64,000 bases of DNA from Ruditapes philippinarum. Taxonomy: Eukaryota. Positions 1 to 14,626 of this stretch are shown here, piece by piece. Under the pieces are notes generated by a model, which was not told where the DNA came from, searched no databases, and saw only the letters and a program-made list of their open reading frames with translations. A program made the translations under genes and the position numbers. The stretch is taken from positions 372,001 to 436,000 of the forward strand of contig NW_026859523.1 of NCBI RefSeq assembly GCF_026571515.1, read 5' to 3'. The first letter of the stretch is position 1. The number at the start of each line of letters is the position of its first letter.

Positions 1-69
1 TCGTGATTTACTCATAAGACGTTCTGATTACATATCCGTATTTTATTTTATCAAGTTTAGTATACTAAC

Positions 70-3000
70 CGTTTGTCCAACAGCAAATCCCTTTCCATCT
101 TTAGCAAGAGCTTCCAAAAAACCTAATTGCTTAGGTAAAGTTGTCTCATAGAATTCTTTCATTTTGATTTCCTGAATTTACAAAGAAACAGATAAATTTT
201 ATCAATAAACAGAATGACTGATAAAGTTGACGAGCAGCATGATGGGCGTACATCAACTTTGTTACTTGGGTCTTAAGATATTTTGCAAAGAGTTTTCCTG
301 TTTGTCTCTGTTAATGTCACAATAAAACTATGCAGAAGTAGAAACTTTTATCACTCATAGATAAAGCAAGTTTTGTAATTACAAAAATGTATTTACTACT
401 AAATAGAAAATGAGTTACCTTCTCTTTTTCATCTTTATTAAAAACTACTTTTATAAATGCCTCGAAAAGATCAATACTCGTATCTACAATCTGATCGACT
501 ACAAGCATGTCCTCGTTAGTCTTACCATACAAATCTGCAATAAAACACTTATTAAATATCACATCTTTAATAACATTCTTTCTTAAATGTTTATAAGCTA
601 AGAGTACATTAATAATCGATCTTATATAACATGATACATGACATCAAATGCGCTTATAATACAATGTAATTAATAAATTAGATAAATCATAATTGGTGAA
701 TTGCTCTGGTAGCAATATTATCGACCTGTAAATTAGTAAGTGTACATATTTACATGAAATTCGTTAAGATATTTTGTTTACAATGATGTATGCTAATTCT
801 GACTGCAAAGTGAATTCGGGGGGGGGGGGGGGGGGGGGGTATGATTGAATTTTGTAGCACAGGTGTTATTAGAAGATAATCATTTCTGATGTGCAAGAAA
901 TGTTTTTCGATCTATATAATGAGTTGTTAAAGACGAATGAACTTGAATGTTACACTTACTGAATTCTCGTGCCAAGTAACGTGCAATAGATAAACTCTGT
1001 GACGCCTTTTTGCCGTCTATTTCTAACACTGGCATTGTACCTTGGGGCATTTCTGTAAAAAACATTGGACATTGATATATAACTTAAATGTGATGAAATC
1101 AATTCGACCTCTGAATTATCACTACGTTATCGCGAAGAAGAATATGAAACTGTTCTCTAAGAAATTATATTTTACATTATTTACAATGTTACATCTTGGA
1201 AAATGTTTTTTTTTTCAATAAGTCTGCCATTGAATGTGAACAATAATCTATCCGGATGTCCGTGTGATTCCTTTAATAACAGTGTCAACATACTTGCTGA
1301 ATAGCAAAACAGAACAGTGAAATCAATAGTACAGCATAGTCAATATAAACAAACAATGCAAACAGTGATATACTCATACAAACGTTATATAGAAATACAT
1401 AGTTATATTTTATGAGTGTTATCTTTGAGTCATGACTAAGTAATTCTAGTATTTTTTTATTTGACTTTAGCAGAAATAACGCGATATCATGGATTAAACT
1501 TTTTTTCTGTGTTCATAACTAAAAAGTTCAAACACACTGGTCTCTGCCTGCAGTATTTAAGAATATACTGAGTGCATATATTATTGAAAATATTAAGCCG
1601 CAGTACATTCGACTGTTGGATTATCATAAAGTCTGTATAGTCAACATTGTGTTTCCTCCCTGATATTCCCGTGTCCTCTATAATCAATATCTAGACCTAT
1701 ACATTGTGACGATATCCTTACCTTTGATATCTATTTTTGAGATACATCATTTATGTAAGATGCTGAAACATTGTAATCCTATTTCAATTATTCCCTGCGG
1801 TCTGGAGACCGCAGGGTATTGGTACGCGTTTACCTTTGGAGGCATGGAGGAGCACGTGACCTGTTTTCGGTACATGGAGGAGCATGTGAACTGTAAACCG
1901 TACATGATTGGTAAATTGACCTTTTCGAAAACCTGGCTAAATACCGTTTGCCGGTACGTTACGGATAATCCTCTTGGGAATAAGTCAGAATTACACCTAA
2001 TTAAGAACAAAAAACTATTACGTGATATCTCTAATTTTCTATAATTATAATACCGTTTAAGGCGGAAAAACTTGAATGATGTGTTTGAAAATTAACAATG
2101 TTTCTTTAATATGTATCTCAAAATGTTACAAACAATAAATTGTTTATACTGAAAATCTACAAAATTAAAATATTCGTAGTGGCATCTGCCATAATAAATA
2201 GAGATGTTTTCTGCGAAAACTTGTGTGCTTGCTTTTTTTTCTTTTTTTTTTTTTTTTTTTTTTGCTCGGAATTATTCATAAAATGGTAGGCCTATTTAAT
2301 CATTTTCTTAAAAAGAAATAATTGTTTTATGTTCGACCTTCTCCGGTCATAAACGGTCACCAGTTTCCAAAGACCTTCTTCTATATTGATAGATTATTGT
2401 CAACTATATTCCAGATACAAACGTTTATTTATCCACCCACCCAAACAATGTTGAAGATAGTTAAACGAAAAATCTTTATATCATAAAAAAATTCCTCGCA
2501 GGAAACCATTTTACTTGTCTAAACCTTGTCAAACTTGCGATATGAGTCATGCGAATTCTGCATTTCGTAATACAATATAATTGATAATATGTTTAGTTTT
2601 AGTATATTCAAGAATACATCAGCATTTACCCTTTTTCAGTATTCTTTAAAACTGTGACTTGTATCGCTTGACTGCAGACAACCTCCAATTATAATGATAT
2701 TACATAAATCGCATGTGGGTTTGTGGGTAACAGTAAAAATATCATCCCGAGGAAAATACTGTCTCCCGATTCATTCTATTACCCCGAATTAAAACTGTGA
2801 TGATTTTAATGATGATTTTATTTTATAAGAAAATAGACCATTTGACCAGATTTTATATTATTACCCCTCACTTTTTTTGTAATGCTAATTTCCCAAAGGC
2901 CTCTGGGAGTTATTTTTACTGTTAATGCAAGTGTACCACGTGACCAAAAATTTTGTACTGTTACATAGGTAACAGTATTTTTTAAGCGGTCACGTGGTCT

Positions 3001-4158
3001 ATTTCCTAAATAAAATGAAATAAAATGGCCGCCATTTTTTTCTCGATTCATTCTTATTTTCAACGTTAAACCCCGATAGGGACATCAATTTCTCCTTCTG
3101 GAGTCCAAAAATGACACTCGTAAAATTTAAGTTGTTTGTTACCCTGGTGTGCTTATTCGCGTACATAAATATCCTTTTATCTAAATTAGATCTTATGCTC
3201 AATAGTCAAAAAGTGAACATCCGTTTTCAACGGAAGTGATTGCAATGTAAATAATTATGTGTCAAACTGAAAAATGCAGAAGATTTTAAGCACTGCAACA
3301 AAGGATTATTTAACAAATTTAATCAGTGAAAACGTTACAGATATGGTGGACATAGATATCATCGTTATTTTGTCAAAAAACCATTCTAAGAAAAAGAATA
3401 TTCTGGAAAACAGAAGGATCAGATTTCACAGAATCATAAAACCGTTGTAAATGGGTTAGTGTTTTGTTTCCTAAATAAAACTTAGCTTATTGTAGCGTTT
3501 ATGATTTGTAGATATCATCACTTGCTTAAAGAATAAAAGAAAAAGAAAACTTCTCAAGTAGGCCTACAGTAAGTAGCACTTAAAACTTAAAAGGTAAGGA
3601 CAGTTTGGTTATTGTTACTCTTGGTTTATTTTTGTTACAGTTAGATTTAGTTTACAATTTCGAGATCATCTCAGTATTTTTGTTCGGGGTAATAAAATAA
3701 ATAACACATGGGTTTGTGAGTAACAGTAAAAATATCATCCCTCGTAAAAATACTGTTACCCTCGGCTACGCCTCGGGTAACAGTATTTTCCTCGGGATGA
3801 TATTTTTACTGTTACCCACAAACCCATGTGTTATTTATATACTGTTAAAAATACTGTTACCCTGTAACAGTTCAAATTTCTTAGTCTCATGGTACACTTA
3901 CATTAACAATATAAATAACTCCAAGTGGCTCTTCGGGAAATTAACATTTCACAAAAAGTGAGGGGTAATAGATATTAATCATACACAGCCTACATCTAAA
4001 TATTTTTCAAAAAGAAACAAACCTTGTTTTACATTAGGCCAGTCAGAGAACTCGATTCTTTTATCTTCAAATTTCTTCCCTGCTGCGGCAAAAATCAGTC
4101 TTGAGAGCTCGCCCTCCCCCTTTTTCCCTTTTAAAAATTTTAAATTTTTATTCCGGAT
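70..4158 (-). CDS. GSTS: Sigma-class glutathione S-transferase, copy 1 (partial: last exon outside window; start of exon 1 corrupted)
   Basis: GT-AG exons ~4158-4023 (..ELSRLIFAAAGKKFEDKRIEFSDWPNVKQ), 1052-960 ([31 protein letters not shown]), 534-419 (NLYGKTNEDMLVVDQIVD..EKEK), 171-70 (EIKMKEFYETTLPKQL..GFAVGQT). Intron phases match copies 2-4. The first ~15 codons (4111-4158) cannot be read in frame, so the start coordinate is estimated. Confidence 0.85.
818..839 (+). repeat. poly-G tract (G22) in GST1 intron 2
   Basis: 22 consecutive G, read directly. Confidence 0.95.
2859..3970. mobile_element. Non-autonomous TIR element (MITE-like, ~1.1 kb) in GST1 intron 1
   Basis: ~125-bp imperfect TIRs TATTACCCCTCACTTTTT..GGTAACAGTATTTT (2859-~2983) and AAAATACTGTTACC..AAAAAGTGAGGGGTAATA (~3848-3970); TA at both ends; no transposase ORF. 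Confidence 0.75.
3697..3838. repeat. ~140-bp hairpin element with CTCGGCTACGCCTCGG loop (half copy at ~2714-2768)
   Basis: ATAAATAACACATGGGTTTGTG..ACTGTTACCC pairs with GGGTAACAGT..CACAAACCCATGTGTTATTTAT. Confidence 0.85.
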
Positions 4159-5455
4159 TTTTTTCCCCTTTTAAAACGATGTCAAATATATTTTAATCTT
4201 TAAAAAAAAAAGAACCAAACCTTTGCCATGAACCGGTTTGAATGTTCTAATTTTAAAAACTATAGTTTTTTTTTTTGTAAAGACTAGTCGAACAAATTTA
4301 CATTTTTCATTAAGTGTTTTTATTAGGAAACTCACTTTTTTTTGCCCAATTTTTAAAGTCCACTAGGTAGTACCCCTTGAACCTGACCTTTTTAAATATT
4401 TTTGATAAAAAGTCCCTAGAGCGCAACGCTAAATTACAAAACAAAAGGAAAAAACTTTGAAATTTCAGTCAAAAATATTTAGTAAGGTAATAATAACGAA
4501 CTTTAGGGGTTTTTTTACTTTTCTAAAAAGGGGCTTAAACAAACTCATGTTGTAAAAAAAATTGCCAATGCTAATAATAAAAAATTGCTATACTAACGGG
4601 CGGGACCACCAACGGGCACTTTTTGATAATTTTCCCTACTGATTTTTTTGATTTTAAAGCTGGAATCTGAAAAATTTTTTAATAAGCTGGTTCTTTTCTG
4701 AAATAAAAGACTATTTTTTTTTTTCTGATTATGCTGACTTTTAAACTGAAGCTGTGAAGGGGGTATCAAATTCCCAATATTGTCCACACATACCATGACC
4801 AACAATATTCCATGATGCTATTTAAATTCCATAAACTTTTTTTTTTTTTTAAAAAAAATTTTTTTAAATAATATAAAAATTTCAAGAGCAAATTAAATGC
4901 AAGTTCTAAAAAAAAGGACTTTTGAAATTTACGAAAATTAAATAAATTCAATTACTTAATTATAAAACAAACATGCAGTTATTGTTGATATAAAAGCAAA
5001 TGATAGATCAACAACCAATGAATAAATAAAAAAGGCATTTTTGGGGCCGTCCGGGTTTGGTGGTTGTCCGATTTTGGTGGTCTCCAACCAGTGCGACCCG
5101 AACAAATTATACAAAATGAAGAAAAACATGTCTTTTTAATATTAGATAAAAAAAAATTTCCGCGTCCGCGGAATATCATTAAATGCAGGCTTTAATTAAA
5201 GCAAAATCATAAAAAGACATGCGAAATCTAGATATTCTAAGCAAAGAAACAACTTCAACGAAATGTCTTGACTACATTATTACTGATTAAAGGTGTCTAT
5301 TTGGGACTGAGCGTCTATTTTGAACTTAGAGTGATTTAATCCGGTTTCAACAACATTAAAACAACCATTGGTACCGTTCGACATATAACGGTAGAGACAT
5401 TGGTATCGCTCGCCATATAACGATAATGACTTTCTTACTTTTTCAAAGAATACTA

Positions 5456-5743
5456 GGGGCGTCCGTGGCCGAGTGGTTAAGGTCGTTGACTTCAAATGAC
5501 TTGCCCCTCACCACTGTGGGTTCGAATCCCGACAGGGAATTTGGATTCTTTCATGTGAGGAAGCTATCCAGCTAGCTTACGGAACGTCAGTGGTCCTACT
5601 CAGGTGCCCGTTCGTGCCTGAAATGATGCACGGAAGGGCACCTGAGGTCTTCCTCCATCAGTAAAGGTGGAGCGTCGCGATATTACATATACTGTGTCGA
5701 TGTGACGTAAAACCCAAAACAAACAAACAAACAAACAAACAAA
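5456..5743 (+). mobile_element. Full-length tRNA-derived SINE
   Basis: A box TGGCCGAGTGG, B box GGTTCGAATCC, body, 3' GACGTAAAACCC(AAAC)n tail; 11-bp TSD AAAGAA(T/C)ACTA at 5445-5455 and 5744-5754. Confidence 0.93.
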
Positions 5744-5886
5744 AAAGAACACTATGCATTAAGATCGAATTAGTCGCCACCAATTACAGTTATGTGACTA
5801 AAAATTCACTGATTAACATCATACTGTATGTAAATTGCATACAATGAAATATTTGCGGCATAATTTTGTCATGTTTTATTAAATCT

Positions 5887-5897
5887 ATGACTCAGCA
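5887..5897 (+). promoter_or_regulatory. Candidate ARE/NF-E2 (CNC-sMaf) site ~1.7 kb upstream of GST1
   Basis: Exact ATGACTCAGCA match to the RTGACnnnGCA consensus; function inferred. Confidence 0.4.
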
Positions 5898-7863
5898 ATA
5901 GTAGCCCGAATCTCTTATCAGCTCTTTTTGTCACAATATGATTGTTAAAGAAATTTGTAATTTAATGCGAGTGTCCAAACAAAATATTTCTGTTTCATGA
6001 ATGGTCAAGTTTACACTATTTCGTAACGCTCCAGTCGTCAGTTGTAACGGTCAACATGTGTTCCGATATTTTAACCCTGGATATAATTGATATAATTTCG
6101 TAAATGTAATACGTTACAAAATTATTGATATTGTTAAATAAATACAAACGATCGAGACAAAATTAAATGATGTAAAAGTGTCCCTGGTGGGTGTTCACGT
6201 GTACATTTCTAAAAAAAAAGCAAATACGTTATATTTGAAAATTTACAATTAATAACACATACAATGTCATGCTGTTTCGTTATATTTAATGTTGAATGGA
6301 TACTGGTAGATTTATTATAAAAGTGTTGTACACACAAGCGTTGGAAGTACTAAAGAAAAATAAATGAAATTGGCAAATAACATTATTTAAATGACTTTTT
6401 TCCCTTTGTTCACTAATGTTAACATGGGGCTGTCCGTATTTTTCGGACCCTGTTAGTACGAACCCAGACCCTAGTCATAACCTAAATGGAAATTTTGGCA
6501 CTTTAAGTCTTAAGAATATTACTTTAACAATGTCCACATCTTATAAAATGTAACTTATCAACTCTCGGCGTGTCATGGTAAAATATAAATCATATTTAGG
6601 ACCAGAAAAAACAAACTCTAAATCACATTGTACATTAACAAATGTTTTGATGTACATTGATCCCCTAAATCGGAAGTTGGAATTAAATGTTTTAAGTGTC
6701 GATCGGCCAACCATATCTGTCGAATGTAATGTCGGTAATATATTCAGTTTTATTTATAGTATGATTCAAACTATCAGCTCATTCTCAACATGCAATGAAA
6801 TTTTACAGGTTACGATATATAATAAAAAAAACTTTTAAAACACACAAAGCATCAACTTACAAGTTTTGGTTTTGGGGGTGGTATAAAACAATTGAATATT
6901 TTCTTTAAGATAATGTAAGAACGAATTTGACTTTAACATTATTGATTGCGTGAATAATTTCCCTTTCATGTCCATACAAATATTAAATCATACCACCAAT
7001 AATACTCTGGTTGTTCAGCATAAATTAATACGTCCAGGTAGTCTGGATTACCTGCCCTGTTACTACGTTATATAATAATCGCATAATACAAATGTAATAG
7101 GCGGGGAACTAGACTAGGTTTGCACTTATATTTTAAATTCAGCAGTGAATATATTTACGTTCTTGGGATCCAGTGTTTAAAAGGCACTTTGTAGATGTTA
7201 ACACTTTAACAAACCTATATTTATACATACCTAAAAAAGAAACGTTCACAAAGTATGTGCCAGTTGTTCAAGGGTATCACTTATATACATGAAGTAGCTT
7301 GTAAAACTCGTTTTGTTTGCAAAATCGGTCAGCTAATCCCTGTATAAAAGCCCGATATGGTAATTCAACGTAAAATCGAGTTTCAAAAGGATTGAAAAAC
7401 TGTACCAACATATCTACATTCAATTTTGAAGAAAACCTGTTTGTTTTATGTGTCGTTTGTTAAACAAAAAAGGGTAATTGTTTGAATAGCAATATCTGTA
7501 TATAAGCGGGACTGGACACGGCGTGCTATTGCAATATCGTGTATTTGTTAGATTTAAAATCTTCGAATATAACACATCTGAAGACGAAATATTTCTATTC
7601 TATTTCAATATTATTTTCACATAAAAACAATAATAAATAAATTGCTTAAATCAGTAAAGTTATTGGGTAAAGAGATCAATATGTTATCTTTCTATTTGAA
7701 TGGCAGTATTAGTCACTTTTTATACTCTTGGCTGATTTAAAAAAAATAATAAAGAACAATATTGATGATGAATGTTTCTTTAAAACATGACATATAAAAC
7801 AAAAATAACAAAGTGAAGTCGTAAAATAAAATATTCAGATCATTACTTATTTCATATGATGTT

Positions 7864-10766
7864 TTAAAATGATGTTTCAGGGCGAGATTTTAAATATTCT
7901 TTCATTCTAGGTAGCTCCCCCACCTTCTTACGATTTGCTGCCAGGAGAGGATATTTGTCTAGCATGTTGCCCACTGTGTAATTTTCAATGGCATTGTACA
8001 AAATTAGGTCACCCAATGTCAACTGGAAAAAAAAGAATATAAAAGGATAAATAAATTTTATTTGTATATGTACATAATGATTTTCTATATACTAAACTGT
8101 TTGTTTATAATAACATATGTGCTAGTTTAACAGATCATACATTTCTCAGTCACACACTTGTAGCAGGTACCTAACCAATTACCTGTTGTACTACTTGCTC
8201 AGCAAACCTGGCCGGCTCTTAAATAAAACAGCGATATTGTTGAAACTTCCACTTTTTGCGATCAGTGATATTTCATGTATATATTTCGCAAATTTATCAG
8301 ACGCTCCTTTCAGTTATTTTGACTTATTTTATTTGAATTGTATATCAATATTAAAATTACTACTGCTATACATGCATATTAATGTATCGAATAAATAAAA
8401 ATTGCATGACTTTTGGGAATGTTATTTTAATATTCATTTTGCAATTAAAAATATATGTGAAATTATCATTACATTAATTATCAAAATGATACAATAGTCA
8501 ATGTTTCAAACGGTACAGCGTTACAAAACCTCCGAGAAACTTACCGATTGCCCAACTGCGAAACCATTCTGTCCTGTCTCTTTTACCAGGTTTTCCAGCA
8601 TTTCTAAATGTTTTGGTAAAGTTGTTTTGTCAAATTCTTCTTTTTGTTTAGCCTTAGATATAGAAACGAAAAAATCATTTTAAAACAACGTCATATCGTT
8701 ATACAAATCGCTTCAGAGTAAGTGAGATTATCACCCGATTTTGACAATTATTTTACGTCATTTTTAACATTTTGTAACATGAGAATGTCAAGGTCAATGG
8801 CTATCCAGAAACAAAACATTTAAAGAAATTTCCATTCCTATTTCAAATATCATTGTTGACTGTCAAACTAGGTAGAACATGTACATGAAGAGGATGGGAG
8901 CATCATAAGGAGTATATAATATGAAGAAAATGTAGTTCCAGATTAATTAAGATTATTTGAAACCCATCTTATACAGAATGTCTTATCAATTTACTACCAG
9001 AGTAAGGAAGTTTCCTGGACTTTAATCCATCAGTGCAAACCAATAACTAAAATAATGTATTCAGAAAATGTTTTGTTACCTTCTTTGTACGATGTTAGTA
9101 AAATATGCAATCACATACCGATTCTTCTTTATCTGGGTTGAATTTGATCTTTATAAGTGCTGGTAACACGTCGGCACAAGTGTCTATGATTTGGTCCACC
9201 ATCACCATCTCGCTATTGTCTTTACCATACATATCTGAAAATATCATTAAGTAACTTATAAACACATTGATCAAATGAGCCGCGTCACGACAAAACCAAC
9301 ATACATGTAGTGCGTTTGCGACCAGCATGGATCCAGACCAGCCTGCGCATCCGCGCAGTCTGATCAGGGTCCATGCTATTCGCTATCAGGTTCTTTTTGT
9401 AAGCGAACAACATGGATCCTGATCAGACTGCGCGGTAAGCGCAGGCTGGTTTGGATCCATGCTGGTCACAAACGCACCATGTTGGTTTTGTCGTGACGCG
9501 GCTCAAATGTGTTCGTATACAGTTTAACCAAAACGCTAGTGCTATGATGTAAATCATAAAATCAGTGTTTAAATAAACATACATATAGATATATGAGGTA
9601 AATAATTATTTCCAGATGTCAATAAAACTAGATATAGAAAAATATGAATAAGTAAATCTATGTTGAAATAGCACATACAACTTAGTCTCTCTTAAAATGA
9701 GTAACGCATATCTAACTGTGTGCATGTATGTTTTTTGTGGCAAGTAAATTACTGAAACATGGGAAAATATGTTATATTATGCACCAGCTGAGACATATAT
9801 CGATTCAAACTGAATATACTCGTATTGTATGATTTAACTCACTAAATTCTCTCGCCAAGTAACGTGCAATTGCCAAACTCTGTGAGATCTTCTTTTTGCC
9901 GTCTATTTCTAACACAGGAACAGTCCCCTGAGGCATTTCTGTAAGTATAAACATACTAAAGTGTTGTAAAAATAGAAATTATAAAATATATAAAAGTGAT
10001 TTACACAAAGGTAAAACAGATTAAAGTGCTGCAATTAAAAAGATTAAAAGTTCTCTACGCGAAAAAGATTAACTGACGCGTTAGTTTGCCGATACCTGTG
10101 ACAATTCTGACAGGCTAGTTGTTATTTTCGAGGTAATACAGGATGCTGCAGTTGCCCCTTCCTAGAGATGTTCTGGAGTAGCAACAATTCACGGGACCGT
10201 TGTTTTTAAGTTAACATCTGAAAGATCATTAGAATGGCTTATAGAGGAGCAAGAAAACAAGCACACAAGACCTGGTCCCGTGACAGGAAATCTATATGGA
10301 ATTGGTGTTCCGAATGAAAATATGAGTTGCTAAAAATCAAACATCTTCATACATAATGTCATGTAACAATCTGTATCACCTTAACAGCATATTCTAGAAA
10401 TGTCGTTTAAAACAATCTTATAAAATATCTATTGAAACCCACGTTTTATTAAGTTGGTAAAACTTTGTATACGTATATTCATTATCAGTACTCAGTTTAT
10501 TTGTTCCTCTAATTATCGTTCACTCTTTTACTTTTATGGTTTCGCAAATACTCTAATGCCATCGTCAATCTCATAATATGTAGATAATAACATGTATTTT
10601 ATGTCATATTAACATTAAACTAAAAACAATTACCTTGTTTAAGAGTTTGCCAATCAGCTGATGTTATTCTCTTATCTTCGTATGACTTGCCTGCAGCAGC
10701 AAACACCAGCCTTGATATTTCAGCTCTCCCCTTTCCGTTGAAATACGTCAGTTTGTATGTCGCCAT
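7864..10766 (-). CDS. GSTS: Sigma-class glutathione S-transferase, copy 2 (203 aa)
   Basis: Exons 10766-10634, 9938-9843, 9234-9119, 8652-8545, 8022-7864 (612 nt, all GT-AG, open frame): [61 protein letters not shown]/..[31 protein letters not shown]. Catalytic Tyr, cis-Pro loop and QS motif present. Confidence 0.96.
9276..9505. mobile_element. Palindromic MITE (TGAGCCGCGTCACGACAAAACCAAC family), copy 1, in GST2 intron 2
   Basis: Whole element folds into a hairpin; close second copy at 54330-54566. Confidence 0.9.
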
Positions 10767-13700
10767 CTTTCCGTTTCTTTAATACCGATTATTGTAATGA
10801 AAAAACTAGAAAGAAAACGAATTCAATAATCCTATTCCTATTTTAGATAAACTGAGATTGAATGTTCTAGTTTATCACATCAAGGGATTGATTTAAGTAC
10901 ATAACCGCCGAGAGAGTGTGTTATGTATTAACATAAGAAAATTGTGTATTCATAATTCTTAACCTGTCAATTTGATTAAGTATACAACGTCCACATATTT
11001 TGAACACTTTATATTAAAGTAGGTTTATAACAAGTGTATATTGATCTGGGACCTCTGTGTTTGTCTTACGATAAAACGGTTTTAGACTACATGTATTTGA
11101 TCAATTAGTGCAAACTGCAAGTCACAGCTAAAGATTATCCACTTACCACAATTATACCCGCCGCCACACCCTGCTCTTCATATAAATTTACATGTAAAAA
11201 ACTGTCATACCGAATGCAGGGCAAACTCGTGTATTTTAAAGATGTTCGTTTCTGTCAGTACGAATTTGTGCATGCAACATAAATACACGATGCAGTCGAA
11301 TAAGTACAGGTATGTTATAAATGTGCTGATTAATGCACTTACTGTCACACTGTTGTCACACTAGTTTTCAAAGTTTACATTGTTCAAAGACGACTTGAAT
11401 ATACCCTTCGCGTGAAAGAAAATGTACTTATATTCGTTCAAAGAAAATCAGCTTTGATGCGATGTATATTCTTTTAAATTCATAAACCGTAAAACGTGTA
11501 ATGGTATAGTATGGAATGCAAAGGCTTGAACACGACACTCTTATCAGCTGATCAGTCTCAAATTGAATGACGAACTCGGAGTCAAAGTAACCATATACAA
11601 AATGCATTTACTTAACATCTGTATAACATGTAATTATCAATTGCATACGAATTTAAACACACAAATTATTATTTTTATCTTTGCTGTAGTTAACATCTTG
11701 CTTTTTTTTGAATTATGTTTTATTTGTTGAAAAATCGGTTATATTATAACACAGGTACATGTATGTCTTTTGTGTCGTTGCAATACGTTTCAAGTGCATT
11801 GAATATAAGTCAGTTTTAAATTACAAATTTTTCACGTTCGTTTGTTTTTATTTTGTGATCACGATTCTTTTGTGAAGTAATTTCGTAACCGTAAAGAGCT
11901 GTTACAATATTTTTACCTTTTGCTTTATCAGCTAATCGATTGTGTTTTAGGAAGTTAACTTAAAGAGCAGATAACCGGAGAGCGAATATCGTTACCTCTA
12001 ACAATTTTTCTACACTTAATTAAACTGTTTCTTTAATCATATTATGACAATGCCGAGTTCAAATTCATTAATCACTTTTCATGCTGTCTCTTTATACACT
12101 GATATACATGTATGTCGATTTGTAACTATACCCCAACTTCCGTATGAACTTGAAATACGTATTTTGGAAAGAAAATATAAATCAAACACTGTTCGATATG
12201 TTTGTGCGTATCATATTTTTGTTAAATAGTGTTAAAAGTGTAACAGCAGTCTGAAGACAAATACTATAACTTGATTTCGTTGGTGATAATGTTAATGAAA
12301 ATCATTTTACAAGAACGGTCCACCGTGCAACAGTTGACGCTTTTTAATTAAGACGTTAACTCGTATTGAGGCAACTTGTTCGGTGACTTGCGCGGGCTGT
12401 TAAAAAGTAATGCAACTAGGTGTCTTGCATGTTCATTTTCCATTTGATATATTGTTATACTGTTTTATTCCATTTCAGCATAAATTTATTGAATTCTTGT
12501 ACTTAACGCATGTTCCCTGTGAAACTGAATAACCATGGTAACATCAAGGTGCAGCACTTCAAAAAGTTATTGAAGCTAAGTTGAACTTCTAATTTGTCCA
12601 TAATTTATTTCCTATTTTTTCAGATATATTTCAAAAACACGCTCATTATATTTATGTGACATTATGTCTAAATGTGACGTCATTCAGATATGTAATTGCT
12701 AAATTATCAAAATTTTAACAGCAGTGGTCATAACGTTGGATATAAAAATATGACGTTCGTTGAAAAACTGAAAATTGTGTGACCGAAAGATTGGCAATAT
12801 TCCTTTTGATACACACGCCATGATTGAATTAACATATCAGGTTACTTGTTTTCAGCTTGCGAAAGCAACACAAAGACGGCAAATATGAGATCACACAAAG
12901 AAAAAGGCGAGCATGATAGCGGGAAATTGACGTGACGGTAGTGACGTCATTTGCAAAAGTGCTACTAAAGGATCGACGGTAAACAGTTAGCAAACTGTCC
13001 GGCATGTTTGATGTCTGGATTGGTTATACTGATTCAGTTGTTATTAAAGGATTTAATATGAGACATTTGTTTCAAACACTATTTATTTTATTTAACTAGA
13101 TATAAGTGTGATCAATAAATCAATATAATAATGATTTACGGTAATTATTAGTCTCATTTTCTTTAAATAAATGATAGCTTGTTCTTGGTAAAAAAGGATA
13201 CTTTTCATTTGATAAACACTTTTATTTTACTATCATTTTGTGAACGTACGATGACACGCGCAAATTAATACTACATGTATAAATCTTTTTCATTATTATT
13301 ATTGGTGCGAGTGGAACGAGAATCTAATCGCTTTCTTACTAACTTCATCTGCACTATAAGGCCTAAAACTAACAGCTTTAAAAGACCATGCTTGTTTTTC
13401 AAAAATCGAAGAATGCCATGCCACGTAGAATGTTTTTCTCATCATTTTACTTCAAATACCTCAAAATAACGTTGCTAGAACTTTTACCAAATATCAAGTG
13501 TCGGTATTGTGGAATATTGGTGATTGTTATTCATAGACAAAATTGCATGAGGTGACAAAGACTTACTTTCGTGAAATGTTAGGTGCACGAAATAGATTTC
13601 ACATAAATAATGCAACACTATTTACAAGTTACTGACAACGCAATGAACATTGAATCAAAGAATGATTCTTAGACGCACAACATAGGCAAAATCCAATAAA

Positions 13701-14626
13701 TGAATGCGCATCCAATGACCATTTTCCAAACAGCAAACCAAATAATTTATAACAAAGACACTTGTTTTGCAAATTAAACATTCTACACATAGGAAAACAT
13801 TAAAAAGAACTTGAATGTTGGATAAAAAAAGGTATTGTATATTTTTACACATTACAGCGGATGTTTTTACACATTACAGCGGCTAATTTGATAAAGTAGA
13901 ACCTATCTCAATTAATGTGGAGATTCTCGTTTCGTCTATCCATGAATATATATCGGAATACTTCAACAATATTGACACTTATTTAATGGTTGTGCTGGTT
14001 CTGTCACATTTGCGTGGGTCATTTCATGGCGATGGCACCAGTACCGTGTCGATGGCCCGATCACATTTTATCACATGTTAACTAAGTTCTCATTAATAGT
14101 TCGTGCACAATAAAGAGGACAAACATTTTTTACGAAAAAGAAATGTTGTGTCTCAGCGTAATAGAAAACATAAAAGTTAATATTTGGGTATTTTGTATCG
14201 GAATTGCATCCAAAATGATAAGAAAAATGTTTTACGTTGAAAAAAGCATGAAACATGGATATGTTTTAGAAACTTTACTTTTTTCAGTTTTGTTTTGGTT
14301 GACTGCTCTACCACGGAAGTGTCGATAACTATCATTAAAACAGATGACTAAAATGTAAAAGAGCCACCGTTAGTAGGTGTGCAATTGGAGACTTCAAGCC
14401 ACCCCACCATAAAAGGCTGCTTTATATGTGTATTTTTCTGTACCAAAATCGCTCTGTGTTGCACATCATTTATACGTTAGAAGGATTAGCATCACAAACA
14501 TCAGACAAACAATGTTTCACAGGACAGACAATAAAGTTATACAGTTTAGTGCAACGCCAGTTTTATAATGACAATGCACAATGCTCGATTTGCTATATCG
14601 GCTAACACAACTTCAGTAACATAAAG

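Noticed and set aside
5456-5535. tRNA gene
   Set aside because: The A/B boxes continue into a SINE body, tail and TSD; it is a SINE head. The same applies to the head at ~38150-38229.
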